64,000 bases of DNA, from positions 105,338,001 to 105,402,000 of the forward strand of contig JBITNC010000001.1 in the NCBI GenBank assembly GCA_050084985.1, written 5' to 3'. Made by a program: the position numbers and the translations under genes. Within the stretch, counting starts at the first letter, position 1. Each line of letters opens with the position of its first letter. Positions 1 to 13,147 of the stretch are shown here, in pieces. The notes beneath the pieces were generated by a model. That model worked only from the letters and a program-made list of their open reading frames with translations. It was not told the DNA's origin and searched no databases. The stretch is from Nageia nagi (taxonomy: Eukaryota > Plantae > Pinophyta).

Positions 1-1306
1 AGGAATGCAAATTCCTTCGATCGAACAGAAGCACTAGTGAGTTTCAATAGCTTTCCATCTTCCAAACTAAGCATCACAACTTTGTTGTTAGGAGATTATC
101 GTATTTCCACCTTGCCATCAAACATATGGATGGTATGTCCTTGTTATCGAACAAGAACAAGGGAAAGCAAATTTCTCTTCAATTATAGAAGATAAAGTAC
201 ATTTTGAAGCACAAAATCTGGAAATCCTAGTAGTTTAAGCCTGATTGAGCCAATTCCAGATGGCTTAAGTTTTGATCGATCTGCAAAGTAGACTGCACCA
301 TCAATATCTTCATTCAAGTCTTCAAAGAAATCCCTCCTAAAAGTCATATGACATGTTGCTCCCGTATCAAGCAACCATGCATCTTCCCATGATGCATATG
401 AAGTATTCATTAAGTCACTAAGACTAATGTTACATTTAACTGTAACAAAATGAGTGGATGCAGAGTTCTTACTCTAATCACCTTGTTGCTCTTTCTTTTC
501 AACAATTTTCTCCCATGGAATGCGACATGTAGCAGCTTCATGGCCTTTTCTATCGCATCGAGTGCAATATAAATTTGACTTCTCCCTTTTATCTCCATGA
601 CCTCCTTGATTTCTACTCCTCTGCCTCTAAAATTTTTCTGACCATGACCTCTATTGCTATTATCTACATAAGAAGCATCATTCTTCTCTAACTGAGCATT
701 GTAAATAATATCTGAAGCATCATTGGTCTTCTTTCCAAAAGCTTTTTCACGCTCTACAATCTTTTTTGACAAAGTTTTGAAGGTGAGGGTGGCTAATTGT
801 CCACTCACTTGAAGTGATTCAAGATAAGTTGAGTATGTGGGATATAGAGCTTTGATCAAGGCTGCAAGAGAAATATCAATTTCAACACCTGTAGCCTCGA
901 TATCATACATTATTACATTGATTTCTGAAATAAGTGCTATGGGATCATTGTTCTGCAACTGCAAATTGAAGAGCTTTAACTGAAGTTGGATGAGTTCCAA
1001 CGTTGAATGAGATTCATACAACTCTTTTAACTTTTCCAGTGCACTCTAAGCATCATCAATTGAATTGATATGTTGATTGACTTCTTCAAATATAGAAGTA
1101 GCTATTAAAGCATACTCTTTGCAATTCTTCATGTTCCAAACCACAAGCTCTTTGTCATCAGTTGGTTTGATGGGTTTGGTTTTTCCATCGCATATACCTT
1201 CCCAAAAATCATTGAAGATGAGCGTATTTTTTATCTTCCTATACCATTCTGACCAATTATTTTGACCAGTCAAAACAACCCCAATAATGCTTACTAAGGA
1301 ATGCAT
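1..1306 (-). pseudogene. Degenerate copia gag / aspartic protease coding region (stops and frameshifts)
   Basis: ORF track 1046-1306, 410-1021, 183-410. A frameshift near 540-620 breaks the zinc-knuckle region. Protease D-T-G motif present. Confidence 0.85.
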
Positions 1307-1462
1307 TTTGTAAGATGAAAAGTTACAAAGTCACAAAAGAAGTAGATAATTTACTATATTTGAAATATAAACAATCTTTGCTCAAACAAGGCAAAATGGA
1401 GCAATATGATGTCAAATATAGAAATTTACAAGTCTAAATTGATCCACATGCGATCATTGCAT

Positions 1463-1954
1463 TCACAAAATATATTTCTCAATGACCATTGGTGAATGGA
1501 TATAATCAGGATCAAAGTTATCTATCTCTCTTTCTTCAATTGGTGCAGCTGAAGATATCTAGAATCCTAAATTTGACTCAGAGGCTAGAATATTGAGATT
1601 AAGACTTTGATCAATTGGTGCAACTGCTAGAGTATACTCATCACTATCACTGATGATGATAATCTCAGGTGGCTGTGGTGCTGGTGTGTATTCCTCAATT
1701 GAATTTTTTGCAATCTCCTCAAGCTCGTATTCTTCACTAGGAAATGGAGCACTATCAAAGTACTCGTTGTCTTCAAGGTCATCATCGTAGTGTACGTCAA
1801 GAGGAATAATTTGTTGGTATTGAATGACTGTATTTTTGAGATCTTAAAGAACAGTATCAATACCATACACTCTTACTTCTTCATCGAAGTTTTTAGGATT
1901 TTCATTTTCAAGTATATTCATAAGAATGGCATGACATCTGGTAGATCGTATCAT
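1463..1954 (-). pseudogene. Extra acidic ORF (~163 codons, two internal stops) between PBS and gag of the copia element
   Basis: Manual translation from ATG at 1954 stays in one frame to TGA at 1463-1465: MIRSTRCHAILMNILENENPKNFDEEVRVYGIDTVL*DLKNTVIQYQQIIPLDVHYDDDLEDNEYFDSAPFPSEEYELEEIAKNSIEEYTPAPQPPEIIIISDSDEYTLAVAPIDQ...GF*ISSAAPIEEREIDNFDPDYIHSPMVIEKYIL. Both stops (TAA 1844-1846, TAG 1559-1561) are one C>T change from Gln codons. Confidence 0.6.
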
Positions 1955-3051
1955 TGCCAAAATATTTGAAAATTAAAAAATATTTTAATATAAAATTAAA
2001 ATATTTAATAACTTTAAATATTTAAATATACCCAAATATAAAATTTGCAATTAAATATTTTGGAGTACCAAAATATTTTATACACCTTATCACTCCAAAA
2101 TAAAATTTCAAACAAAATAATTAAACAACCCCTAAAATATCTCCACTACGAATATTAAAGTGACCATGTTTAAAGAATATTAAAGGCACCTTAATGGGTG
2201 AGGGGGCGAGAAAATGGGTGGGCCACTATGGAAACCCCATTTTCAGAGAGCCACCAACGTAGCAAGTGAGATGGAATGACATCTGAAGTGCAACAATAAT
2301 CACATTTGAACTCTTCAGTTTCTCCACGATCTCAACAGAACCTCCATAGTTTGAGGTCACATCAGCAGCAGTAATGAACAAACAAAAAAATGTTCAACAG
2401 TGAAGCTTGGGGAGGTTTCAGCAAGAAGAGCTCACGTTACATCTGGAGTGCAGCAAAAAAATGAACTGGAGGACCAAACGAAGAGAGATGGAATGACGTA
2501 ATAATAATAGCAGGCATGAACTACTTCACATCTAGAATAGGTAGGAAATTAGAAGTCTCTACATCTAGAAATTAGAGTCCTCAATGGAGAATAAAGAGCA
2601 GTTTAACAACTACTTTGTTACCAACCTCCACACCACATTGGATTGAGAGATTGACAGCATAACTGAGCCAACACCCATGAGCTATGTTCAGTAGTTAGTG
2701 TAGAAATTGAAAAGAGAAGAGCCATGTTGGAGATCATAACAACAGTAGAACTCATCACTAGAGGGCTACGAAATGTGGAGAGATGCCCATAAAATTGTAA
2801 GAACTACTGCACCTCATGAAATACCCGCCAAAATGTGAGCTTCAACAGAGATTAAGACCACATAAGCAAATGAAGGAACTAGCGTTCAACAACTCAAACT
2901 AATACACATGCATGCAGGTATTCATCACGATTTTTGCTGGAGAGGAGCCACACATTGATAAAACTCAGCAACCAAGACTCCAAAACAAAATACTACTTGA
3001 AATCACAGCAAACTACAGTGACGAATTTGCATGGAGTTTTCCAAATTCCTT

Positions 3052-3063
3052 GCTCTGATACCA
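3052..3063 (-). promoter_or_regulatory. Primer-binding site, tRNA-iMet (TGGTATCAGAGC)
   Basis: + strand gctctgatacca is the reverse complement of the canonical plant iMet PBS, 1 nt from the LTR end. Confidence 0.92.
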
Positions 3064-3064
3064 A

Positions 3065-3314
3065 TGTAGGAATGGATCATAAAACTCCAAGATTATATTA
3101 ACTCAAGAATAATTTACAATATATAGACCACCAAAGTGGTTAACTAACAAACTCCTAAAATGGTGCAACTAAGTGTACACCTCATCCTAACTAATTTACC
3201 TACCTAAGCACTAAGCTAAAATTTCTCTAACTAATTTCAAATGACACTTGTCATTGATACATGTCTAATTTCTAAATATTTACAAATACCATAATAAGAT
3301 TATGGTTTTTAACA
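3065..3314 (-). repeat. 5' LTR (~250 bp) of the left-end copia
   Basis: TG at 3065 next to the PBS. Right boundary inferred from ...ttttaaca at 3314; the partner LTR is outside the window, so this boundary is unverified. Confidence 0.6.
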
Positions 3315-3508
3315 TCAACTACACTTATAGTGAAACCAATTATGGTTAATGATTGTATTGTAAACTATTTTATCAAATGGTATTGTAATGAGTCTCAAAC
3401 TAAGATTTTGCTTATTTCTTAATGATGTAAAAGTTCTCATCTCCTCTTGTATCTTTTTGGAGGAGAACTCTTTCTTCTTCTCTTTATGCTCAGTTCCAAT
3501 ATTACATT

Positions 3509-3960
3509 AAGGAGGAGTGTTAAAATTTGTAATGTAATATTGTGTAATATTTCTCCTTAATGTAAATTCACTTAATACTTAAAGTATCATTAGATACCTT
3601 AAAGTATTAAGAGAATAAAAATAAGAGAAGGATTAAAAATAGGTATAAGTTTAAAAATGGGTAAAGGATTAAAAATAGAAAAGAGATTAATTATATAGTG
3701 GGTTTCTTCTTATAAAAAGAGAAGAACCCTCCCCTGCTCTAGTTACACAATTGTAATGCAAGCTTTGCTATAGGTTTAAAGTGAGAGAGAACAGATTTTA
3801 TAAGAGAGGTCCTTGAGAATAAGAAGATCTTAGTTAGTGGATGTACTCCTAAAGAGGGAGGAACCACTTTATATATTATGCTATTTATGTGATTGGCTTT
3901 ACTTATTGTGCTATTATGTTGATGTTGAAAGTGCCTTCTTGAGATCTTGAAAGATTAGAA
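3509..3960 (+). mobile_element. Orphan PPT plus start of a 3' LTR (old LTR-retrotransposon remnant)
   Basis: aaggaggag (3509-3517) immediately followed by TGTTAAAA at 3518; TATA-like tataaaa near 3711. Right end not determinable. Confidence 0.45.
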
Positions 3961-4644
3961 GTTAATTCAAAAATGGTTAATTTCTTCATTTTAAAGTCCA
4001 TTTTTCTTATATGATCTTATACCACCCATTGAGCTTGGTCACTACAATGATGATCCATTCTGAATGGAAAGGTATAGAGGAAAAAAATGAAACCTACAAA
4101 ATTTGTTAGGATAAATAAATATGTGAAATGAACTTGTTACTTACCTCTTACTTGGGGTGCTCTAATGTATGGTGGTATATATACATATTGAACCTATCAT
4201 GAATAGCTCAAGATAAAACCTCCCTAAATATGTCTTCTTATTCGAAAATATTATCATTAACAATCACTAATTATATATATAATTGTTGAACTCATGAATT
4301 ATAAATGTCTACTTGATGATATAAAAAAAGTAATACCTTATAATACCAACTCATGTGACATTACTAAAATATGGATCTTATCCTTTGGGCAATTGTTAGC
4401 TTAAGATGAAATAAAAACATAATTTATTCCTCCAAGTAACAAGATATATCAACATGTATTGCTTATAAAATTCTCCTCAAGGTGTTACTTATATATCCAC
4501 AAAGCGATAAGGCTCTCTTGATGGTGTTTCTTATATATGCTCAAAGTAATGAAACTCTTCTCAGTACACCCTAATTACTAAAGATGCTAGAACTAGGTAC
4601 TTACTTGCCCCAAGTCCTAAAGAGGAACCCCTTTCAAAAATACC

Positions 4645-5027
4645 ACCCAATTGCATGTTATAACTAAAAAGGAATGTGGATTTTGTCTCATCACCTAATT
4701 GCATGCTATAACTAAAAAGGAATATCGATTTGGTTGTAGTGTCTAATTGCATGCTATAACCAAACACCACAATGAAAAAATAACTTAACCTACACTACTT
4801 GATTGCATTCTATACTTGATTACTTCTCCCAATCCGATCTTAGTTTGTATCATCCAATTGTATACATTAACCAATAATAATATAACTATATTGCTTTGAA
4901 TTCTATGTAAAGTTCCCAAAAACAAAGGACTATTTGTTATCTTGAATTCTATTTAGAGTTACCAATAACAAAAGACTACATGTTATCTTAAATTCTATTT
5001 AGATCCCCTAAGAACAAAGGACTATTT
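4645..5027. repeat. Two short degenerate tandem arrays (48-bp unit x3; ~46-bp unit x3)
   Basis: aattgcatg(c/t)tataac at 4649, 4697, 4745 (period 48). aacaaa(g/a)gacta at 4921, 4967, 5013 (period 46), with further related copies near 5120-5150 and 6430-6510. Confidence 0.75.
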
Positions 5028-8000
5028 TCTAGTTTGATTTTCTCAACTAACAAAAATTTTCTTTACTCAACATCTTAAGAATCATCTCATCAATATTAAT
5101 TATCAATATAATTACCTTGAATTATTTGTAAGTCTCTAAGGATAAAGGACTTTCTGAAACTTACTCTCAATTAAAACTTGCATTTTTTAAATTTATATCA
5201 TATGTTGATGTGTGACTTTTTTAACATCATATTGACTAAAAAATCTAGTTTTCTTGTTTTGATGATTCTCGTTATTTAAAATTTTAACTAAGCATTTCAA
5301 AAATTTATCTAAATTTGCATGCCAATGTATAGATTTTCCCATAAAATGTATTTAAATTTTTTGCCATTGATCTTTAGGTAATTTTACTTTATGAAAATTG
5401 ATACTTCTAACTAAAAATTCGATCTATCTAGTTGAATTTTGAACTAAACCTAAATCATATTGTACTCAATTAGATTGCCATATCTGATTAAATTATATGA
5501 GACTAAATTTGAACCAATTCAAATTACTACTAATACTGATTTCAATTGAAAAATTGAACATCGTACTTGAACTCGATTTGATCCCTTCAAATTGCTAAAA
5601 GGATATCAAATTTCCTCCTTTATGTGCCTCCAAGTTTGGAAGCATATATAACAATCTCATTTGCTAGCATGTAAATCAAGAAAAATAAACTATGATCAAC
5701 CATAAACTAAGCATTAACAACAAAGCTTGCCCCTATTTCTAAGAAAGATTTTATGTACATATTTCATCTTATAACAATATATCTTACTTATATTCCCTAA
5801 TTTTTTATATAACTCAAATGAATTTACTCATGTATGCACAAAAATCATAACAATATCTATTCAACAATATTTGCAAATTGACAATTTTTTTCATTGTTAA
5901 CTTTAGCAACAATTTTGTAATTTTAGCGAATTTTATGATTTCTTCCAAAATAATTTTATTTCTCTTAAATACTTGATAAAAATGGCTAACATATGCATGC
6001 ATACTTAAATCTTAACTTGAAAGTTTAGGCCCCAAATCTTAACTTTTGCAACTTTTACAACTTCTTACTTTTCTTGAAAAGATCTTTGAATTCATACGAA
6101 ATAACCATCAACATGTGTGTATATACATGAAACTTATTATTTTGTTAAACTTTTGTTGCATACTCCTTTAAACTTAAGTATATTGATGTATTACAATATG
6201 CCTTTAGCTAGTGTCAATCTTTCTTATGCAAGTTTGTTCTAACTTCTTGACTTTCTGTGTACTGTGTCTTTCTAATTTTCTGTTATCTAGTATAATCTTC
6301 ATCTTCCTTTTCACTTCTTGATCTTATGTCTATATATTTATAAAAAATAGAAGTCCAAAAGGTAAAATACATAATTTAAACACAAGTTCCTAAAATGCAA
6401 CCTATATGACCATAAGCTAAATTAATGTCTTGAATTATTTAGAGTCTCAAGAGAAAAAATACTATAAGTGTGATCTTGAATTCTTTTAAGTTCTCAAGAT
6501 CAAAGGATATTTCATAAATAAAATATGATATGCACCTATTATGGCTAGGATACAAATGAACCTATAATGCAACTACAAATGAGAAATATAATCCTAAACT
6601 ACATGAGATTCAAAAATATAAATAAATATGGGATGGTCCAACCATCATCCTTTTTCTTTGGAACCCACTTCTTACCTTAAGAACAATATTTCTTTGTTGA
6701 ATTATTGGCTTTGATTTTCTTATTGTGAACTTCTACACATTCTATTATATCATCTTGTGTTTGGTTATTTTCTTGATTCTCTTGTTCCTCTAAATGTTGA
6801 AATGGTCTTTCTCATTATTTTCTACATTTTTCCATTATATTTTCAAATTTATTTAATATTTTACTTTGCTCTTCTTGAGATACATTTGCAAGTTGTCCAT
6901 TATTTATAAGCTTTTGAAGTTTTTCTATTTTAATTCCAAAGTCTTCCTCATACCAATCTCTTTGTTGTACCACTTTTTTGAATGGATCTTCATCTATGTT
7001 TGCCATTATTTTATTATCTTTATGTAAATATGGATTATCTAAATTGAATAAACATATTTTGAAAAAGTATGAAGCATATTAAATCTTTTATAATATGAAA
7101 CATTTCTAAATTCGTTAGTAGTCATCATTTCATCTAATATGTTGTATTTTATTGTGAATTACTCTAGTGACCAATCCTTTTGTTCTTTTAATTCATTCAA
7201 TAAGTTTATCCAAGTTGCTTCAAGATCAACTAACTTATTTTCATAATAATCAGCCATATTACTATTAACTTCATTATTATTTTTTTGCTTTTTAATTTTG
7301 ATTTTTCATTTTCATTCTCATAATTGAATGGGACTTGAGAATAATTGCTTACCTAAGCACTTGGGAGTTGCTTTGTTTCCTTACTTAATACATAAATGCC
7401 AAACTTTTTGTTAGAAAAATGAATCTTGAATGAGTTGTAGGAGGTATTCAACTTTGTTGTGCTCGCTGGAGGCTTTAAGATCTTCATCAATTACTTTATT
7501 GATACATTGATGCCTTGCTTACTATTAGAACATATAATTGAGATAGATTTATTGGGGTTACCAAGCTTCATCAAGGACATCAGGGCTTCATGAGTCTTAA
7601 TTTATTCTATTTGTGGTGCGTTGATGCCTTATGGGGTATCGACATACGACTTTTGTGTTGGTTGCACAAGATCGACATGTTATCTTTTTCTTTTATTTTA
7701 ACTATCTTAAAAAAATGTGCAATTTTCTCTTGTACTTGGGTTAGATCATATTATCAAAATATAACACATAATATAATATATGTGATGATATGACAAATCA
7801 CAACTATAGCACATGCAACACAACCTAATAAGTAAATCAAAGTGCATAGCATAAGAATATGATATAATGATTGTAGCACATATTATGCAATCTAACATAA
7901 TAATCATGGCATATCCTATCTTCCACAAGTTATCAAAATTAATCTTATCATTTTTAATCAAACCTATTTTTGTATTTTCTTAGAATTGATTAGTAGAGCC

Positions 8001-9466
8001 TTTTTCTTGGTTTACCACTTTTATCAATGGAGTACATTGCATATTTGTGTGGCTATGATCACCTTGTTGAGATTTTTTGTTAAGAAGCATGAGTACTTGA
8101 AATTGCTCAAGCAAAGCAACCTTCTCATGAACCATTTTTGTCATACTTAATAAAATATTAGTCCTATTAAAAACTCTAGGACTTTTGTCATAATTAGTGG
8201 AAAACAAGTTATGGTATAAAAATGTCAGGTTCATCAATTTGTTGATACTAAAAATTACTTAAATAATCAATATAATATCAATTATGATGAAATACTAGAA
8301 TAATTAAATAACTACAATGATTAAATAACATAATAAACACAAATGAGATCTAAATACTTCCATACTCTTGACTTATAAAAATTTGAATTTGAATGATTAC
8401 AAACCTATCATTTACCTATTTTGTGTAGGTTGCAACTCAAATTTGGCCTTCACAAGAACAAGACAACTCACTCTTGGAATTCAACCTCCATTCTCACCAA
8501 GAGTAGGGCATCAATGTACTACAATACATTGATGTATGGTTCTCACTCTTAGATCCTTCAAATTTACATGTCATCAAGGTTACCTATTAAGGTTATCAAA
8601 CCTAACTACAGAATAATGAATAAGAAATTCAATAATCTTAGTAGGGCACAAATCTAGACTTAATAGGTGACATTGTGCAAGATAACTCTAAGAAGTGCAT
8701 CAATGCATCTATCAAGCTCCATATATGATCAATTTCACATCCTTCGTCCTTTTAGATAGATACAAAGTTTGCACATGGGGCAATACCTCTACTTGCCTTG
8801 GCGTTCCTCAAACCTATCATCAAAAGAAAATAGAAAAAAGATAAATTGTACTCTATTTTATAAATATAATAAAATAAAGAATTAAATCACTCAAAATACT
8901 TAGTTACCCAAAATATGGTTTTTAATTAAATAAAAATCAAATTTAGGTATTAACACCAAGCTTGCATGAGATTTATTTTTTATTGTGAATAGTGTGAGAT
9001 TTGGACTTGGGATCTCATTAGGGAAATGCTATCATCTATCCTAATTCCCTTATTACAGGTGGACTTGAAAATAATTATATCATAATTAAATAAATCTATT
9101 GTACCATAAATTTATTATTATTATTTTGTCCACCCAAGTAAAAGGAGTTGGAACATTGAGATAGTAATTAAATTTCATTATTATTAGATGCATATATATA
9201 TTCATTATTATTATTTTCATATTACTATATATATATATTTTTCATATCGCTATATAATTTGTTTTTTTTCGTATTATATATATATATATATATATGATTG
9301 TTAATTGTTTGTGATATTGTAAATTTGAGGATTTTAGCAAACACATTATTTATATTATTTTTGGTGACTAGAATTTACCTTTTAAGAAGAAATATTCATT
9401 CAACTTTGTTGAATTCGCAGAGAGCCTGAGCATATCTTAAGGAGGGTCGACGATTTGAAGTCCGTT

Positions 9467-9475
9467 TTAGGGTTT
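9467..9475 (-). promoter_or_regulatory. Telo-box (AAACCCTAA) in the HISN2 5' leader region
   Basis: ttagggttt at 9467-9475, ~30 nt upstream of the ATG, in a locally CpG-retaining stretch after an AT-rich upstream region. Confidence 0.4.
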
Positions 9476-9503
9476 GCTTTTCTCAGCGGTTCAGTCTTCA
9501 GAG

Positions 9504-9761
9504 ATGATGTCCATGCATTCCTCAGTATCCCATGGATCTTTTCGTGCTTCCAATTTAATACGCGATTTGACCTGCTTCGATCTGCGGAACAGGAAAAATT
9601 GTGGTCAAAGAAGCAGCATTTCGTACTCACCGGTAACTCTCCTCCATTTGAGATGGAATGATCTCAAACCCAATCTGTTAATGGTGAATGCAACATCATT
9701 CCGATCAAAAGAAAAAGAAAAACAGCCTAACGAGAATGAGAACTGTCTGTCCAAGTCAAAG
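9504..9761 (+). CDS. HISN2: HISN2 exon 1 (putative plastid transit peptide, 86 codons)
   Basis: ATG 9504; Ser/Arg-rich MMSMHSSVSHGSFRASN...LSKSK; strong donor AAG|GTATGC at 9761/9762, phase 0, joining to V-E-G-L-L-E-T-I-K-W-D of exon 2. No better candidate first exon seen. Confidence 0.72.
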
Positions 9762-9798
9762 GTATGCCATTATCATTTATTGATCATTTTTAAAGATC

Positions 9799-9801
<3 letters not shown>

Positions 9802-9863
<62 letters not shown>
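9802..9863. repeat. (AT)31 microsatellite, 40 nt into intron 1
   Basis: Uninterrupted AT dinucleotide run; a shorter (TA)n run lies at ~9276-9295 upstream of the gene. Confidence 0.95.
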
Positions 9864-9866
<3 letters not shown>

Positions 9867-10284
9867 GTTTCCGTCAACTATATTCAGCATGAAAGAATGT
9901 ATCCTATTGAGTGCCTGACATGGAATCTACAGGTATCTTGATCTACCAAATTTGAACCTAGCAAGTATTTACTTCAGTTAGCAAAGCATGTTTATTTTTG
10001 GTATAGAATATTTTTTTTGGGGGCTAAGCAAGGGTGCTGAAATGGTCGCGGTTTTGAAATATGGTGACATTTGGGATACATTTTCATAGGATTTGAACAT
10101 GGAGGAACAAGGGACTCTTACATCATTTGAGATATACAACCGTAGTATTTGAACATGTGACATTTAAGACATCACACTTGTTAGGGGAGTCCTCTTGTTA
10201 GGGACTTGGGAGATAAGGGAGGTGTGAAAGTATGTATATGGAAGGTTCCAAGTTTCAAGTTTACCCATTCCTATCCTTTACATT

Positions 10285-10668
10285 GATGATATTTAAAAAT
10301 TCTTGATAGGTTTTACAAAACACGAGGTTTAAAAGGATGTTAAATATTAACAAAAAAAAATTACCAATTGTTTTCGTGACTCCCCTAACATTTCATGATT
10401 GTTATAGAAGATTATTAATTTAAAAGAGATTAATAAGGTTTTATTGATACCTTTTCCTTTTTCTTTCCATTTCATAGATGATATTTAAAAATTCTTAATA
10501 GGTCCTACAAAACAATAAATTTAAAAGGATGTTAAATTTTAACCCAAAAAAACGTATCAATTATTTTCTTGACTCCCCTAACATTTCATGATTATTATAG
10601 AAGATTATTAATTTAAAGGAGATTTATAAGTTTTGATTGATACTTTTTCCTTTTTCTTTACATTTCAT
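10285..10668. repeat. Diverged tandem duplication, ~192-bp unit x2
   Basis: gatgatatttaaaaattctt...gactcccctaacatttcatgatt...catttcat starts at 10285 and again at 10477. Confidence 0.9.
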
Positions 10669-11859
10669 GCAGATGACAACTTATATAATATTGTTTTTAT
10701 GATCATAATGGGCTTATTATAGTTTTTTTTGTACTCCATAGTGTTTTATCAAATGCATTTGGTTAAATAAAAGAAGATATTGCTCAGGCTTGCTTGTTAA
10801 TTTATTTTGTGATTATTTTGGAGAATTTTTTAATTATTAGTTTTCATGGAATGGATGTTGTCTATGAACATTTACAGCATTTTGATGCTTCTTTGTTCTT
10901 TTTTTTTCTGGCGGGGGAGCTAGATTGCAGAGAAATAGTGATTAGTAGGATAGATCAGAAGATCTGTGGCAAATTGCATCGATTGAAGATTTCAAATCAG
11001 GCATAAAGGCCTGTGGTGGGACATGTTCAAGTGTTATAAATATGGATTTAAATTCACATACAAGTAACCTGCATATGGTCATGTCCTTTGGATTATAGCA
11101 GGCATTCATCTATTAGAAATGTTCATTGACATGTCTTTGGTATTTCTTACATAATTTTTGGTTTTGTTCACCCTTAGTGACTTTAACAAAGGTTGAGCAT
11201 GTATTAGTTTTCTTCTTGTTGACAAATTTTTGCTTCTGAATGTTTTTTCATTCTTATGAAGTATATGAGAAAAATATAATCACTTCATTTTGTTTTTTCT
11301 CAGAGATACCCAGGTCAATCAATTTTCACAGGTAAGGTGTTGCACCTTTTGGCCAGAGCATTTTCGAAATATTAGTCTTGTTTCAAAAAGTACTGCATCT
11401 ATATTTATGACCCTATTTTTGAATGAACTCAACTTCATTGGGCATATACTATCCCAATAATGAAGGTTGTCCGTCCATCTTAGCTTATTCTTCCTTTTCA
11501 TGCAAGACTGCTGATTTTTGCTTTTATTATAAAGATACAAGATTCATATAACCTTGCTTTGTTGAAGAGTGCCTATGCTACAATGATAAATCTGTTCTGA
11601 CCATAGTTGAAGCTATTAACCAATTTCTCTGGACGTTACTTCAGACTTCTTCTATGATGACATTGTAGATCGAGCAATTTGAGTACAATATTGCATTTGA
11701 CAAGACTTGAGATCATTGGTGTATGAATAATTTTTGGTTTATGGGCCTCTTAGAAAAAGTAATTTGCATCTTAGAATCATGATCATTTTATTATGCCAAT
11801 GCGACCTGTTGTCAACATGAATCTCTCTTTTCCTGAATATCTTAAGAACTTTGCTATCA

Positions 11860-13147
11860 TATTTAATCCCTGATGTTGAAATTTTATGGAGTCATCCCTC
11901 TTTCCTTGGTGGAGTTTTGAATTCATTGTTTCAACTTATTTTATCATGAAACATACGCATTTCGGAGTTGATTCTAAAATAGTAAAAGGTTTGGAGATCC
12001 TAAATATTGATTGTGGGAATCCCAAGTCTTGTATAGCACCTAGGATGGCACAAAAGCATGGATAATCACTTATAGCCCCAACGTTGGACTTGGGAGCATT
12101 TGTAAACTTGCGCCAGCCTTGGGGAGACTCCTGGACCACCACGTTGGCCTATGATGACACCTAAGCACCCATGCATGACTTCTAGACCCATGTTAGGCAT
12201 GTATGGCATCTAGCCACCCATGATGGCATTTATGACCCTTGGACACCCACCTTGGGCATGCATGATCCCTAGGCACCCATGTTTGGCATTTTGGAGCCTC
12301 TAGGAGGCTAACTTTGGGTTAAAGGGACAAGGTAATGACTTCTAGGTGAGATCCAGATCTAGGAATGTTATAAAAAGACATTGGAGCCTTGTTGTAGAGA
12401 TATGTTGAATTCGATATTGAAACCCTTTTTACTCTTCGAAGCTTCTCAAGTCTTGGTAGTGTCAAGAACCCTTAGGTCTGTAGACCAAGGAGAGTCCAGG
12501 AGGCTTGGAACACCTTTTGACTAGCGATTGAGGTGCATGTTCGTGTTGTGAGGTTGTCGTACCCTGAGGCATCCACAGCGGTCTGCACTTTTGAATCCAT
12601 CCGGTGATATTCCGGAATCTCATTTGTTCTCTTCGTCGGGAACTAGCCTGTGAGGAAGCCCTTAAATGAGGCGTCCACAGATCTAGTAGAGTGTGGTTGT
12701 TCTACAACATATCTGCATTAGAGTGCATATCTACACATCAGTGTGCCCTAGTTAGCTCCTTGGAGGCCAACGTTGAACCCTTGAGGGCTTGTTATTGTAT
12801 TGTACTCATCATTCCATCATTAATTGAGCCGTGGCACACTTGATCTCCATTTCTTGTCTCATATTTTGGTGTGTTGTGATGATATTTTGCTTCTCTGGGT
12901 GTGACATCATGTTTCTGGGATCATTTATGGCATGTTTAGCATAATTTATGGATGCCTTAGTGCTATGTTGAGCATTTGAGGTGTTTTCTGGCCAAGGAAG
13001 TGCAACGTTGGGGTTTTTGGATCATTGTGTGACTTGTTTGATGCCCTAGATCAGTTTGTGGCATGCCTAGGAGCATAATTTGATATATTTTATTTATTGT
13101 TCAGCTAATATTTGCATTGGAGAATTATTTGGGATTTTACATGTACA
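11860..13147. mobile_element. Probable solo LTR (~1.3 kb)
   Basis: TATCA on both flanks (11855-11859, 13148-13152). Left end tatttaatccc resembles the inverse of gggattttaca near the right end. Internal ~29-bp gcacccatg/ggcatg repeats (12150-12290) and TATA-like tataaaa at ~12369. The left TG is mutated to TA. Confidence 0.55.

Larger units (their letters stand above)
1..3314 (-). mobile_element. Ty1/copia LTR retrotransposon, 5' portion (5' LTR, PBS, long leader, degenerate gag-protease); the rest lies left of the window
   Basis: Minus-strand ORF fragments with a copia gag N-terminus (LTGQNNWSEWYRKIKNTL, 1046-1306), gag core (410-1021) and protease motif WLLDTGATCHMT (183-410). tRNA-iMet PBS at 3052-3063, followed by an LTR-like segment. 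Confidence 0.88.

Noticed and set aside
8424-9057. Solo LTR upstream of HISN2 (TG at 8424, ...TTACA at 9057)
   Set aside because: LTR-like composition, but no matching TSD and no partner copy; boundaries unsupported.
9474-9941. 155-aa single-exon ORF with an IYIYIY tract
   Set aside because: Read-through from HISN2 exon 1 into intron 1; the tract is the (AT)31 microsatellite.
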